Assembly: GCF_036321535.1 (NCBI RefSeq)
Contig: NC_087436.1
Coordinates: forward strand, 98,148,001 to 98,212,000
DNA length: 64,000 nucleotides
Direction of reading: 5' to 3'
Origin: Camelus dromedarius
Lineage: Eukaryota
Numbering within the stretch: the stretch's first letter is position 1; each line of letters starts with the position of its first letter. Below, in pieces: positions 11,992-23,944 of the stretch. Below the pieces are notes generated by a model. It saw nothing but the letters and a program-made list of their open reading frames with translations, was not told the DNA's origin and made no database searches. A program made the position numbers and the translations under genes.

Positions 11992-14489
11992 CTATTAAAA
12001 ATTCCAGGTAATGATAAACATGCAAAAATATAGTGGTAAACAGTGGCAGTGACACAGGTGTTTTCATTCACGAGAACAGTCAAACTACACACGTCAGGTC
12101 TGTGCATTTCACACTATGTAAACTGAAAGAAAAATAAGGAACATATTTACATTTTTCTTATGACATATTTGTCCCATCAAATTTTGCAGCATATTTTGTT
12201 GTTAGATTAATTTTTTCTCTTAGCTCTTTTAAAGTAATTTCTGTGGTAGATACTTGTCATTGAAAAGGTTGACCTGATAAATGGTATTATTTATGTGATA
12301 TGAAAGTTATTATACCAAGGAGTGCTGTATAACATATGTAGATAGCCCAGCAATAAACCATGCCAAAACATAGTGTTTAGAGAATTTTAAAAAAACGACT
12401 AATATCTCTTGATTATTTATAAAGCTAACTCAGTAAATAAGATGTTTAGATGACTCTTTCCCTACTTGAATTATTTAGCTAGCTGCTGTAAAATGACTTT
12501 GAATACAGTTACAAATCAGAACTTCGAAAGGAATGTATATAGCAGTTTAGTACATTTGATCATTTTAGTGTTAGTACCAGTTATAAACAAAATGTGATTT
12601 CTGTGTATTAATATAAGATCCACAAATTGGACAAGTGGCCAATAAAAAATATTTTGGTTTAGAAGTTTAGAAATATATTTGTTAGACATATTTATTAAGC
12701 ATTTACTATATGGCAGGCACTGTTTTTTTTTTTTTTTAAACAATCTGCAGGCAATCTGGCAATTAACAAAAAAGTCTATCATCATAAGTCTTACATTATA
12801 TTGGTGAAAAAATAAAAGTATGTCTTGTGGTTCTGGCTCAGTTGACTTGGATAGTATTATATGTAGCTGTATTTCCTAATACTGAATCCTGTGCCTCTGA
12901 AGCCGAGGTACAAGGGAATATGATCTGAAACTGTGCCCCGGGTATCCCTACACGTACGTGAACAAATGGCACCTGTGAAGGATATTTTCAAGTGAGGAAT
13001 AGCCTGGGGATCTCTGTAGACAACAGCGTCACAGGTGACTAATAGCTAAAACACATCGTGGAGTTGATCTCAAAAATGGTAACAGTAGACATGACAAACA
13101 GAGTTTGGTTAAAACAGGTAAGTAACTTCATAGCCTTCCAGCATCCAGCTAATGGACACCAGCAGGAACTCCAAGTGGAGACCGTTTCTCTCTACTCACA
13201 GGTCCCTTGGTGACTATATAGGGCACGCACACTGCGGAGTAAAGAATAGAAAGGAGTCACCTCGCTCCTCTGTCCACATACCCTTCAAAGCTTCCTTGGT
13301 CTACAGTTGTCAAAACTTTCCTTTATACTTTGGGATATTGCTTTCCCTAAGGGAGAAAAGTATATCAGAACATGAAAAGTTACTCCAGTTGTTTGAAATA
13401 CCTTTTATTTGAGGGAAGAGTAAGCCAACAATTTAATGAGAAGATGTCAGATGGGCATAACACTTGGGGGAAAAGGGTATCCCATCTAGTATCTAATGCT
13501 ATACAAGATTTTAAAAATTCATGATGTTCTATGGGTTATAGGTAAAAAAAATGCAAATAAAAAAGCATAAATAATAAAATGAATCCAACAGAGTTTTATA
13601 TAAATATTTGTCTAACGTTGTACAATCGTTGCCCAGATCTCAAATGATATTCACAGGTCCAGAGGGCAATTGTTTGTCAAAGTTAAGTATTTCCTATTTC
13701 TCCATCTTATTTCGGTATCTTCTGTGGCCTTCAGGGTAGATACATTATCATGAACCAAAAATGTCAATAGCTACACATATGAGGTATCAGGATCTCTAAA
13801 AACTGGTTTTATTTCTATTGAAAAAAATAATAAAAAAAAAACAGATGACACCTGAAAAAGGGTGTTTTGAAGATACATGGAACTTAGAATTTCTGTTAAG
13901 TACTACTCTTCTCAGAGCTACCCAGAATTATGTGCTGCATGCAGAACATAATTTCTTCACTTTTTGAGGTGAAATGGGTAGCTGTTAGTTAATTGTCTGT
14001 AGCTACTTTCTTATACAGAGCCAAGGTGTTTGTTACTTCCCAACTTGGTTGAAAAATGCATGTGTTGGCAGTTGAGAATTGAGGTTCAGTATGAAATGAT
14101 CAGAGAAGATATTTTTGCCTAACATGATTAACAAGCAGTTATCTTAAAAATAGCCCTACCAACTACACCAAAAATTCTCCCAGTATTGATTTTTAATTCT
14201 AACTTAGAGTTAGCACATTAAGAAATGTTACTGTAATATATATTTCATAGTTTTTCTAATAATGATGAAGCCTTTCCAGTTTTTGATGCTTAGGTAAGCT
14301 ATTAACACTTCAGAGGTGGACCTGTGATCTTTTATGTCATTTATGTTCAGCACCTTCCATTCTAATGGGGCACAAGTTTTACATCAAAGATGTTACATCT
14401 GTATGTTACATTTGTAACATTATAGTAAGTAAATAAATAAATAACATGTTTGAGAATAAATTATCATGCCAAATTTCTTTCTAATTTAA

Positions 14490-15150
14490 TTATTTATTTA
14501 CAAACACATACGTATTTTACTATGTGCCTATTAATGTCAGATGTTAATAAGCCAACTATTTACATGACAAAATGACATCCTCTAAGTCTCTATAATCTTG
14601 AATAGGGAGATAAATTAATTAACATAATATAGTGGAATGAGGATATATGCTATTACATAATGTTGAATTTGAAGAATAAGAAATCATTTATTTCTATCTG
14701 TGAATGTTAAAGATTTTTAGAAAAAAATCTCTATCCCAACAGGGCTTAGGTCATAGAGAAAACTTTTTACAGCTGAGTCTTGAAAGTGGGAAACTTTGAC
14801 ATATTGGAACACATGACAGGCAGATGGAGAAATGTGAGAGGAAATGCAAATATTTAATGGAAATTTTGAGGAAATCTGACTTTCAAGAGTTCTATTTCTG
14901 TACCACAGAACATGAGAAGAATGGAAATAGAGACATATGTAGAGAAAAGTTCATGAGAGTTCATATATGTTATGCTAGGCATTAAGATGGAAATCATATA
15001 ATTAAAGTTTCAATTGACTATAGGGAATTGGAGGTAAAATAGTATGATTTTAATGAGAAAAAACATGATTAAAAAAATAGGTCCAGAGTATAGAACACTC
15101 ATTAGCACAGGCAAACTATGTGAGGATTTATTCACATAAGAGGTAAGGTT
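14490..15150 (-). mobile_element. LINE-2 3' fragments
   Basis: tatttatttacaaac...tactatgtgcc...ataatcttgaatagggagata resembles the antisense L2 3' end; highly degenerate. Confidence 0.5.
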
Positions 15151-15262
15151 GTCTAATAAAATAGAAAAAAATAAATAAATTGAAAAAAGAGGAATGAAGA
15201 TTACCTTTCTCTTACTTATATTGATGGATTTAGAATTCAGGACTTATTTTAAAACGAAACTT

Positions 15263-15592
15263 AAATATGAGGATGATCTGACTGTGACATCCATCACTCC
15301 ATTGATCTTCAGGATTGATTCGGCTGATCTGGCTGGCTAGGCAGCTGTCCCTCCAGCCTCATCACTGCATGTGTGTTCCTCCCATAGCTGCAGTGTACTC
15401 TGTCAAAGGGGACAGTGTTCCCTGATGGAAGAGGATCACTCTTTGGTCAAGGGTATATGAGTAGCTGTGCTCCCCTACTAGAACCCCAAGCAAGCTCTGT
15501 AAGGTCCATTTGTAGGAGAATGTTGGGTAGTCAAGCTTCCAAACTCCAAACACACCCAACTGAGGTGCCACCTGTGGCAATCTGCCTTTCTT
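15263..15592 (+). pseudogene. RN7SK: 7SK snRNA processed pseudogene (full length, ~330 nt)
   Basis: Colinear with 7SK: gattgattcggctgatctggctggctaggc, ggtcaagggtatatgagtagctg, aaggtccatttgtaggagaa, gggtagtcaagcttcca and terminal tgtggcaatctgcctttctt. Followed by an A-rich tail; many CpG->TpG/CpA changes. Confidence 0.97.
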
Positions 15593-15879
15593 GAAAAAAA
15601 AAAAAAAAAAAAAGAAAGAAAGAAAGGAAAGAAATAAAAGGAAAAAAGAGACTTGTTCTAAAGAACAACATGGAACAAAGAGACTATTTCGTCTGGATAT
15701 ACCTTTTAGATAATTGAATTCATTTTCTCTTTGGTGTGAAAAACATGAATCCTTAGGCTTCTATAATTTTTGAAGGTTCCACAGTTAATGAGAGAATAAA
15801 TAAATTCCAAGCTTTCTAAAATTGCCCTTAGTTGTACTCCTTAGAAACAAAAATTTATTATGTTATGTAACACCTTTGA

Positions 15880-17395
15880 ATGTATTTTTTGAGCTTTTTT
15901 AGGTTTACAACAAAACTGAAAGGGAAGTTAGCAATTTCTCATGTACCCCCTACATAGCCTTCTCTATTATATCAACATCACTCACTGAAATGGTACAGTT
16001 TTTACCAAGGATAAACCTGTATTAAAATATAATCACTTGAAGTCCATAGTTTACCTTAGAATTTACTCTTGTTGTCCATTCTATGGGTTTGGACAAATGT
16101 AGTATAGTGACATATATCCATCATTGTGTCATACACAGTAATTTCACAGCCCTAAAAATCCTCTCTGCTCTGCCTGTTCATTTCTCCCCAATCCCCAACC
16201 CCTGGTAACCACTGATATTTTGTCTCTGTAGTTTTGTCTTTTCTAGAACATAGTTGGAATTGTACAGTATGTAGCCTTTTCAGATGAGCTGCTTTCATTT
16301 AGTAATATGCATTTGATTCATCATAACTTTTCATTACCTTGATAGCTGATTTTTTTTTATCACTGAATAATATCCCATTGTCTGGATGTGCCAAAGTTTA
16401 CAATGAATTAGAATTCCAGTTGCTTCAGATCCTTGCCACCATTTGGTAATATTGGTGTTCTAGATATTGTCCATTCTTATAAGTTTATATTGGTATCTCA
16501 TTGTTCATTAATTTGCATTTCCCTGATGATATATGATGTAGATAATCTTTTCATATACTTACTTGCCATCTGTACATCCTCTTTGTTAAGGTTTTTGGCC
16601 CATTTCCTAATCAGGTTGCTTGTTTTCATATTGTTTAGTTTTAAGAGTTCTTTGTATATTGTGTATAGCAGACCTTTATCAAATGTGTCTTTTGAAAATA
16701 TTTTCTCCTAAACTATGCTTTGTCTTCTAATTCTCTTGTATTGCCTTTGCAAAGCAGAAATTTTTTTTAACTTTAAAGAAGCCCAGTTTATCAATTATTT
16801 ATTTAACAAACTGTGTCTCTGGTGTTGTATCTAAAAAGGCATCACCATTGCCAAGGTCATCTAGGTTTTCTTCTATTTTATCTTCTAGGAGTTTCAGTTT
16901 TGCATTTTGACATTTAGGTGTCTGATATAGTGTAAATTAATTCTTGTGAAGGAGGTAAGGTCTGCATATATATTCACTTTTTGTTTTGTTTAGTTTTAGC
17001 ACATGGATTTCTAGTTGTTCCAGCATCGTTTGTTGAAGAGGCTGTCTTTGTTCTATTGTATTGCATTTGCTCCTTTATCAAAGATCCATTGACTATGTTT
17101 ATGAGGGTCTGTTTCTGGACTCTCTGTTTTATTGAGTGATCTATTTGTCTATATCTTCACCAATACCACACTGTCTTGATTATTGTAGCTTTACAGTTAA
17201 GTCTTGATATTGGGTAACATCAGTCCTCCAACTTTGTTTTTTTTCTTTTTTCAATGTTTTTGCTTATTGTGGGTCTTTTGCCTCTCTATATAAATATCAT
17301 AATCAGTTTGTCAATGTTCATAAAATAACTTGCTGTGGGTTTGACTGGGATTGTACTGAATCTATAGAAAAAGTTGGGAAGAACTGACATTTGCC
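15880..17395 (-). mobile_element. LINE-1 (L1MC1-like) 3' UTR plus ORF2 C-terminal remnants
   Basis: ttttaggtttacaacaaaactgaaagg...aagtccatagtttacc...cattctatgggtttggacaaatgt, followed by antisense ORF2 (gtatctcattg, gttccagcatcgtttgttgaagag). Confidence 0.9.
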
Positions 17396-17769
17396 TATAA
17401 TCTGATTTTAATTATATACAGATTATTGTGATTCCCCAAATCATCCCAATCATGATGAGACCCTTGTTCTAGTTCATGTATTTAACTAACAAATGTTTGA
17501 ACATGTACTGTACCATATAATCAGTGCTGGTCCTAGGGAGTATAATATAAACTGACAGATATGATTCCTGTTATCCTGGAATTTTGTTTATTGGCGGAGG
17601 ATAGCTACTGAAAAAAAAAAAAAGCTAGAAGATTGATAATTCTAGGAAAGGGGTATAAAAAAAGGACTGTATGACATTGCATATATTTAGTCAAACTCCC
17701 AAATTCTCAGGTTTGCATCTGAATCCTTCATTACAGTTTGGCCATCATTCTTTAGTATAAGCTAACTGG

Positions 17770-20175
17770 ACATATGTATGTCTTCTTTGGAGACCTGCCT
17801 ATTCAAATCTTTTGCCCATTTTAATTGGGTGATTTGTCCTTTTATTGTTGTCTTGTAAATACTCTTTATATATCCTGGATACTAGACCCTTTTCAGATTT
17901 ATGATTTGTAAATACTTTCCCCATTCTATAACCTGTCTTTTTTCCTTTCTTAATAGTGTCCTTTGAAGCACAGAAGTTTTCAATTTTAATGAATTTCAAT
18001 TTATCAGTTTTTCTTTGGTTTCTTGTACTTTAGTATCATATCAAAGAAAATATACCATAAACCAAGTTTCAGACATGTATTCCTATATTTGTTCTAAGTT
18101 TCTTTTTTATTTTTGGTTTTTACATTTAAGAGTGTAATCCATTTTTAGTTAATTTTGGTACATAATGTGACATAAAGGTCTAAATTCATTATTTTGCACA
18201 TGGATATCCAGTTGTCCCAGCACCATTTGTTGAAAAGACTACTCTTTCTCTATTGAATTATGTTTGGCACCTTTGTTGCAAGTCAGTTGACAATAAATGT
18301 AAGGGTTTATCTCTGGACTTTCAATTCTGTTTCATTGATATATATTTTTATTCTTGTTCTCACTGCATTAAATCTTTAGATCAATTTAGGGAGTATCTTG
18401 TCATCTTAACAATATGAAGTTTTCCAGTCATAAACATGGTATATCTTCTCTTTATTTAGGTGGTCTTCAGTTTCCTTTTATGACTTTTGTCTTGAGGACT
18501 ACTACTTACAGTAACTGCTTAATTTGGTTAATTTATTGTGAGAATTTTGTCACTTTTGATGTTATGGTAATCGGAATTATCTTCTTAATTTTAATTTCAA
18601 TTTTTTATTGCTAGTATATAGAAATACAAGTGATTTCAGTATATTGATCTTATGTTCTGCAAAATTGCTGAACTTGTTTTTTAGCACTGTTTTTTTTTTG
18701 TTGTTGTTGTTGTTGATAGATTCTTTATGTTTTTGTTGTTGTTTTTCAGCTGGGATAATCTCAAGTGACCCATCTTCAAGTTTATTTTTTTTCTGCTTGC
18801 TCAAATCTTCTGTTGATCCCCTCTAGTGATTTTTCATTGTAGTTATTAGACTTTTCAACTCTAGAATTTCTATTTGGTTATTTAAAGAAACTATCTCATT
18901 CTTGATATCCTCTATTTGATGAGACGTTATTCTTTTACTTTGTGTTAGTTCAGTAGACATTGTTATTGTTACTTCTTTGTACATATTTAAAATAATTGAT
19001 TTGAGGTGTTTAGTAGGTTCAACATCTGCATCTCTTCAAGATTGTTTCTATGATATACCTTTTTTCTTGTATGTAGGCCATATTTTCTTGTGTTTTTGCA
19101 TATCTTGTAATTTTTGGTTGAAAACTGAACAGTTAAAATTATGTAATGGGGCTACTCTTGACATCAGCCTGTCTTTGTTATTGCTACTTATGTAGCTGTT
19201 TTCTGTTTAGTGACTTTTCTGTAATAAATCTGTCAAGTCAGTATTGTTTGTGATGTTTGTTTATTGCAATCTCTATTCACTTAATTTAGTGGTCGGTTAA
19301 TGATAGCCCAGAGGGTTCCTTAATCGCCTGGAACCAAGAAGTTTCCCAAACTTTGAACAAATTCTGTATTAATGTAGGTTATACTTTAAGTATGCAGGCT
19401 TGCAGTTGACAGTTCTGCCTTTGGCTTGAATTCTTACTCAGTGCATTATCCTAAAACTTAGCTGGAGAAGAGAGATAAGGGCCTTCCCAGGTTTTCCTAA
19501 GTTCATTCAAAGTCCTGGTCAGGCAAGATGCCATAGTGTGCATGTGTCTTTCTAGATTCCCATGAATGTAAAGAATTTCATGAAGCCTCTGTGAACATTT
19601 CATTATCTTGATTTTCCTTTACATTTGTTGTTGTTGTTAGTTATCTGCCCCTACTCTTATTTACAGTTTCTCAGGCTGTGATATTTAAAAATTGCTGGTA
19701 ATTGTTTTTGATAAATGCCTTTGGGGAAAAGTCTTTTCAAATAGAGTGATTTCTGAATTAGATCCAATACAGACAGTATTGCTAGTGGAATCTTTCAGAA
19801 AACCACAGATATATAAAATAATGACAATTCTTTTGGAATGAACTTTGAAGAAACTCCAGCCCCAGTCTGTTCCCTCTAGTCATGCAAAACTGCTGATTTT
19901 TACCATGAATGCTGGTTATTAGTTTTCAGGGCTCACATGCAGCTGGAGAATGGGGAAATGGGATTAGAGCAAGTTAAAAATACAATAAAGCTCACAATTC
20001 TTAGAAAGAATCAGTCATTTTTCTTGACTAAGCACTCCTAGATTGTTACAAGTCTTTCATTAATTTCTGTAGTTCTGAAAAAGATGATTCTGACAATTCT
20101 TGCTAGTTTTCTTATTGCTCTTATGGAGGAGAGAAGTTTTGGAGATCCTTACTTCACCATTTTTGTTGACATCTA
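17770..20175 (-). mobile_element. Old LINE-1 (L1M3/L1M4-like): ORF2 fragments (~17770-18680) plus ORF1/5' region (~18740-20175)
   Basis: ORF 17799-17999 (FIKIENFCASKDTIKK...LVSRIYKE) is L1 ORF2-like. Downstream is antisense ORF1-like sequence (tctgcttgctcaaatcttctgttg) and an old-L1 5' end (ggagatccttacttcaccattttt). Confidence 0.85.
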
Positions 20176-20870
20176 TAAAGAGGATATAAAATGTATTAAA
20201 TTCAATTGTGTCAGCTTCCATTTTTTCACTTAATGCAAAATTCTGAAAAATTATATACATGTCAATCAGTACAACTACAAAAACTATGGGATTCTGCGAC
20301 ATTTGTTTTTATTAGATATAATTCTGTTGGTAAATCATTATATAATTTGATTATATTATTTGATTATATAGCTTACTTGTATAATTCTGGGCACTCAATT
20401 ATGGTTGAACTTTCCAGAACATATACAATAGATACATATACTATATTTTTTTCTGGGACAATTTTCACACCACCTCAAGTCATCAGTTAATCCATCCCTT
20501 AATTCCTGCATGCATTCATGCATCGATTCATATATCTATTCATTTAAAACGTTTATTCAGTGCTTGCTTTTTGTTAGTTTTACTAGAAGTGGAGAATGGA
20601 ATGAGAAGCTTCAAATAGAATGACGAATAGATAGATCGATCTAGATCGATCGATCAATCAATTCTGAATCCCAGAAAAATAGACAGACAATTGAATTCCT
20701 GTGTGTTAGATGCTATTATGGAAGAAATATTAGGATTCATGTGAATTGCTTGGTACATTAAACATCATCTTGAGTAATCTGATATAATTACTAACTATAT
20801 TTATCAAGTCATATTTATATATGACTCATATTTATGTTATGGCCTATTTAGAGACAGTTTTCTTTTTGAG

Positions 20871-20965
20871 TTTTTTTTTAATTGAGGTATAATTGACATA
20901 TAACATATAATATGTTAGTTTGGGGTATACAGTGTAATGAGTCAATACATGCATATATCGCAGAA
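20871..20965 (-). mobile_element. Short LINE-1 3'-terminal fragment (L1MA9-like)
   Basis: ttttttttaattgaggtataattgacatataacat...ttagtttggggtatacag. Confidence 0.7.
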
Positions 20966-23579
20966 TAGTCTTAGATTCTGCTGAATAATATTACCAAATT
21001 CCTACGTAAAATTGCTCATTTTTAAGAATGCCTCATTCTGTAAAAGTATACGTATCAGTCACTTCTTAAAGAAGATACATATTTGTTCACATACTTATAT
21101 ATATTTATACATAAATCAGATGACAATCTCTATAGAAAAAAAACAAAGAAACTTTTCAGTTGCTGTCCCCTATAATATTCTTTCCCAGGTATTAGCATGG
21201 TTATCAGCGTGATTCACCTCCTTATCTCCTTCATATTGCTCCGCTGCCTTATCTGAAAGACATTTCCTAGCAGTCTATTGAAAAGTGGTACCTCTCTTAG
21301 CTGCATTATCTTCCTTCATAATGCTTATCTCCTACTAAAATATTTTATATTTATTTTTCTGTCTCACTGCCAGTTTTGTTTACTGAAGCATCCTTCTCAT
21401 CTAGAATAGATGTAGTATACACTTGATAAATCTTTGTTGAATTTTATGCTGCTGTGCTGATCAAGCCCCATTCTTTCTTTACCTGTAACTCACCTATCAC
21501 CAGTATTCTGTTCTGTAAAGTACATCTTTGTTTCTCCTCTTTTGATAAATATTGCTATGTTTTCCCTTGATTTAATGGATAGAAAAGAAAAATACTTTCT
21601 CTGTGTTATCAAAAATTTGAAACTGTAGGTAATGTCTTCTTTCTTAAATTACTGAATCTTGTATGTAAATTATAGCAGGGGTGTTTTCAATCTTTTTTGA
21701 ATTCTTATTTCAAGATCCCTGAAGATAAACACTGTATTTTTAATGGATAAGTTATTTGACCAACTAGCCAATATAAATGTATCATTTCTTCTCAGATTGT
21801 AATATGACTGGACTAATGTCAGTAGTATATGGTTTCATGATATTACCAAAAAGAAGTAATTTGTTATAAAAATCCTGAGAGTTTAGCCCTTTCTGTAACA
21901 AACTTTTGACACTCTAGGTCCCCATATTAACTTTTTTACCACTATCATATTTTAAAGAATTATTTTTATAGCTTTTTGTGGAGACAGTTTAATGAGTGCC
22001 AGCCTTTGTTTCAAACAGTGAAGCTAGACAGTGGCCTTGAGCAACTTTTTAATGATTTCAGATTTAAAATGAAGTTTCTACTCATGGTATTCATTATATC
22101 TTTTAAAACTAACCAATACTTTCCTAATAGTATTATTCAATCACCTACCTTATGTAATTCTGCTCATCTCTAATTACTTCAAAACTTGACTTGAGATTGA
22201 CGTCTACATTTTAATATGTGGGCTGGAAAATCAATAAAAGATCTAGAATGATATTTACCCTACCTAGGAACACTGTTAAGGATATAAAAAGGAATTGTTT
22301 GGCCAGAATATATTTCATTGTGTCTGTTGTGTTGTTACTGTAATATGAGACTCGCTGGAGTTAGACACCCACCGGCAAACCTTCCTATCACTGACGCCAA
22401 AAAACCACCTCCAACTATTTAGAAAATTAGATTTGTCAATGTTACTGAGTTGTGTAGCTGAATACACAGTTGATTAGGATGAAATATTATAACTTAAGCC
22501 CTTAAAGTCCTATTTAGTTAGTTATTATTTAAGACTATGGTGTGTTTGCCTTCCCTGAATGTGCTTGGAATGTGCTGTTGTTTGGTTATTTATACACGGC
22601 TTGTGAGATATTACATTCACTATTTTGACTTTTCTTGTTCGCATGTGTTAAAATGTTTGTTTTACTGTTTTCCTGTGTAGAATTCTGGGAACGTTGTTAC
22701 TATGAGAGAGAACCCACAAGTTCATATTTAAAATACAATTGATTATGATGGAGTTATAGCTTAGCTAGTACTTTTGAAAAGTTTTACTTTATCTATATTG
22801 ATCTCAGGGCTTATTGAAGAATATATTTTTACTGTTATTTTAATGGCTGAATTTAAATATGTAATTTTGGTTAATTGATTCTCTCTTTGAAACTAGTTTT
22901 TAATAAGCTAAATTTCTTGGTTTAAGCCGTGATTACATATAATCAGAATACTACACTAAAATGCTAAATATGTACATGAATATAAATTGTTAATTACTTA
23001 ATTATTTTATTATTTCTATCATGTTTGATTTAGTATTTTCCATAGTATACCTACATATTTATCAATCTATCTATATCCCAATTGCATATTTAATGGGTTT
23101 ATAGAAGGATAAACCCAATGAATAACATTTCTTTAATAAAAATATATTTTAACCAATCTAATATATTTTAGAAAGATATGAATCTCAATTTATAATTCAT
23201 AAATTTAAGAGTACCAAAAGAGTTAAATTTCTTTTGTTTATATGTCAATTAATGTATGATTCTGAACTCACACTCTTGTGGATTAGTAAGAAATTAAGTA
23301 ATAGTCTTTACCAAGTCTAAGTCTGTCACCTCAGATTTGTATTGCAAAAGGCTTCTCCAGTGATTAGATATTTGTCCTTGTCAGTTACTACTGAGATGCC
23401 CATGGCTTATTTAATAGGGTGCCTTTTGATCCAGTAGTTCTGTTGCTTTTATGAAATGACTGAAAATAAGTGCCTTCAGTAGTTGGAGCTCTTGAGGTTT
23501 GAATCCAGTCTTTTCTTTTTGAGATCTTGCCACACCCCACCCTAGAAACTCCTAAGAAGCAGTAAGGAAACATGCTCAG

Positions 23580-23944
23580 TCTCTTAGCTTGGGCTGCCAT
23601 GACAAAATTTCACAAACCGTGTAGCATGAACAACAGAAATTTACTTTCTCACAGTTCTGGAGGCTAGAAGTCCAAGATCAGGGGGCTAGCATGTTCAGGA
23701 TCTGGTGAGACCTCTATGGCTTACAGATGGTTGTCTCCTTGCTGTGTCTTCACATAGCGGAAAGAGAGGGCAAGCTCTCTGGTGTCTTTTCTTATATAGG
23801 TAACAATCCCATCCTGAGGGCCCCACCCTCAGAACCTCATCTAAACCTAATGATCTCCCAATACTCTATTTCCAATACCATCACATGGAAGGTAAGGGCT
23901 TCAACACATGAATTTGGGGGGAAGACACAATTCAGCCCACAGCA
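23580..23944 (-). mobile_element. MLT1A/MLT1A0 solo LTR (MaLR) with 5-bp TSD ctcag
   Basis: Classic motifs tctcacagttctggaggctagaagtccaagatcag and gcttcaacacatgaatttggggg; ctcag at 23575-23579 and 23945-23949. Confidence 0.93.

Noticed and set aside
15263..15592. Functional 7SK gene
   Set aside because: Poly(A) tail, TSD, many substitutions including loss of the 5' GG, and no evident upstream Pol III promoter.
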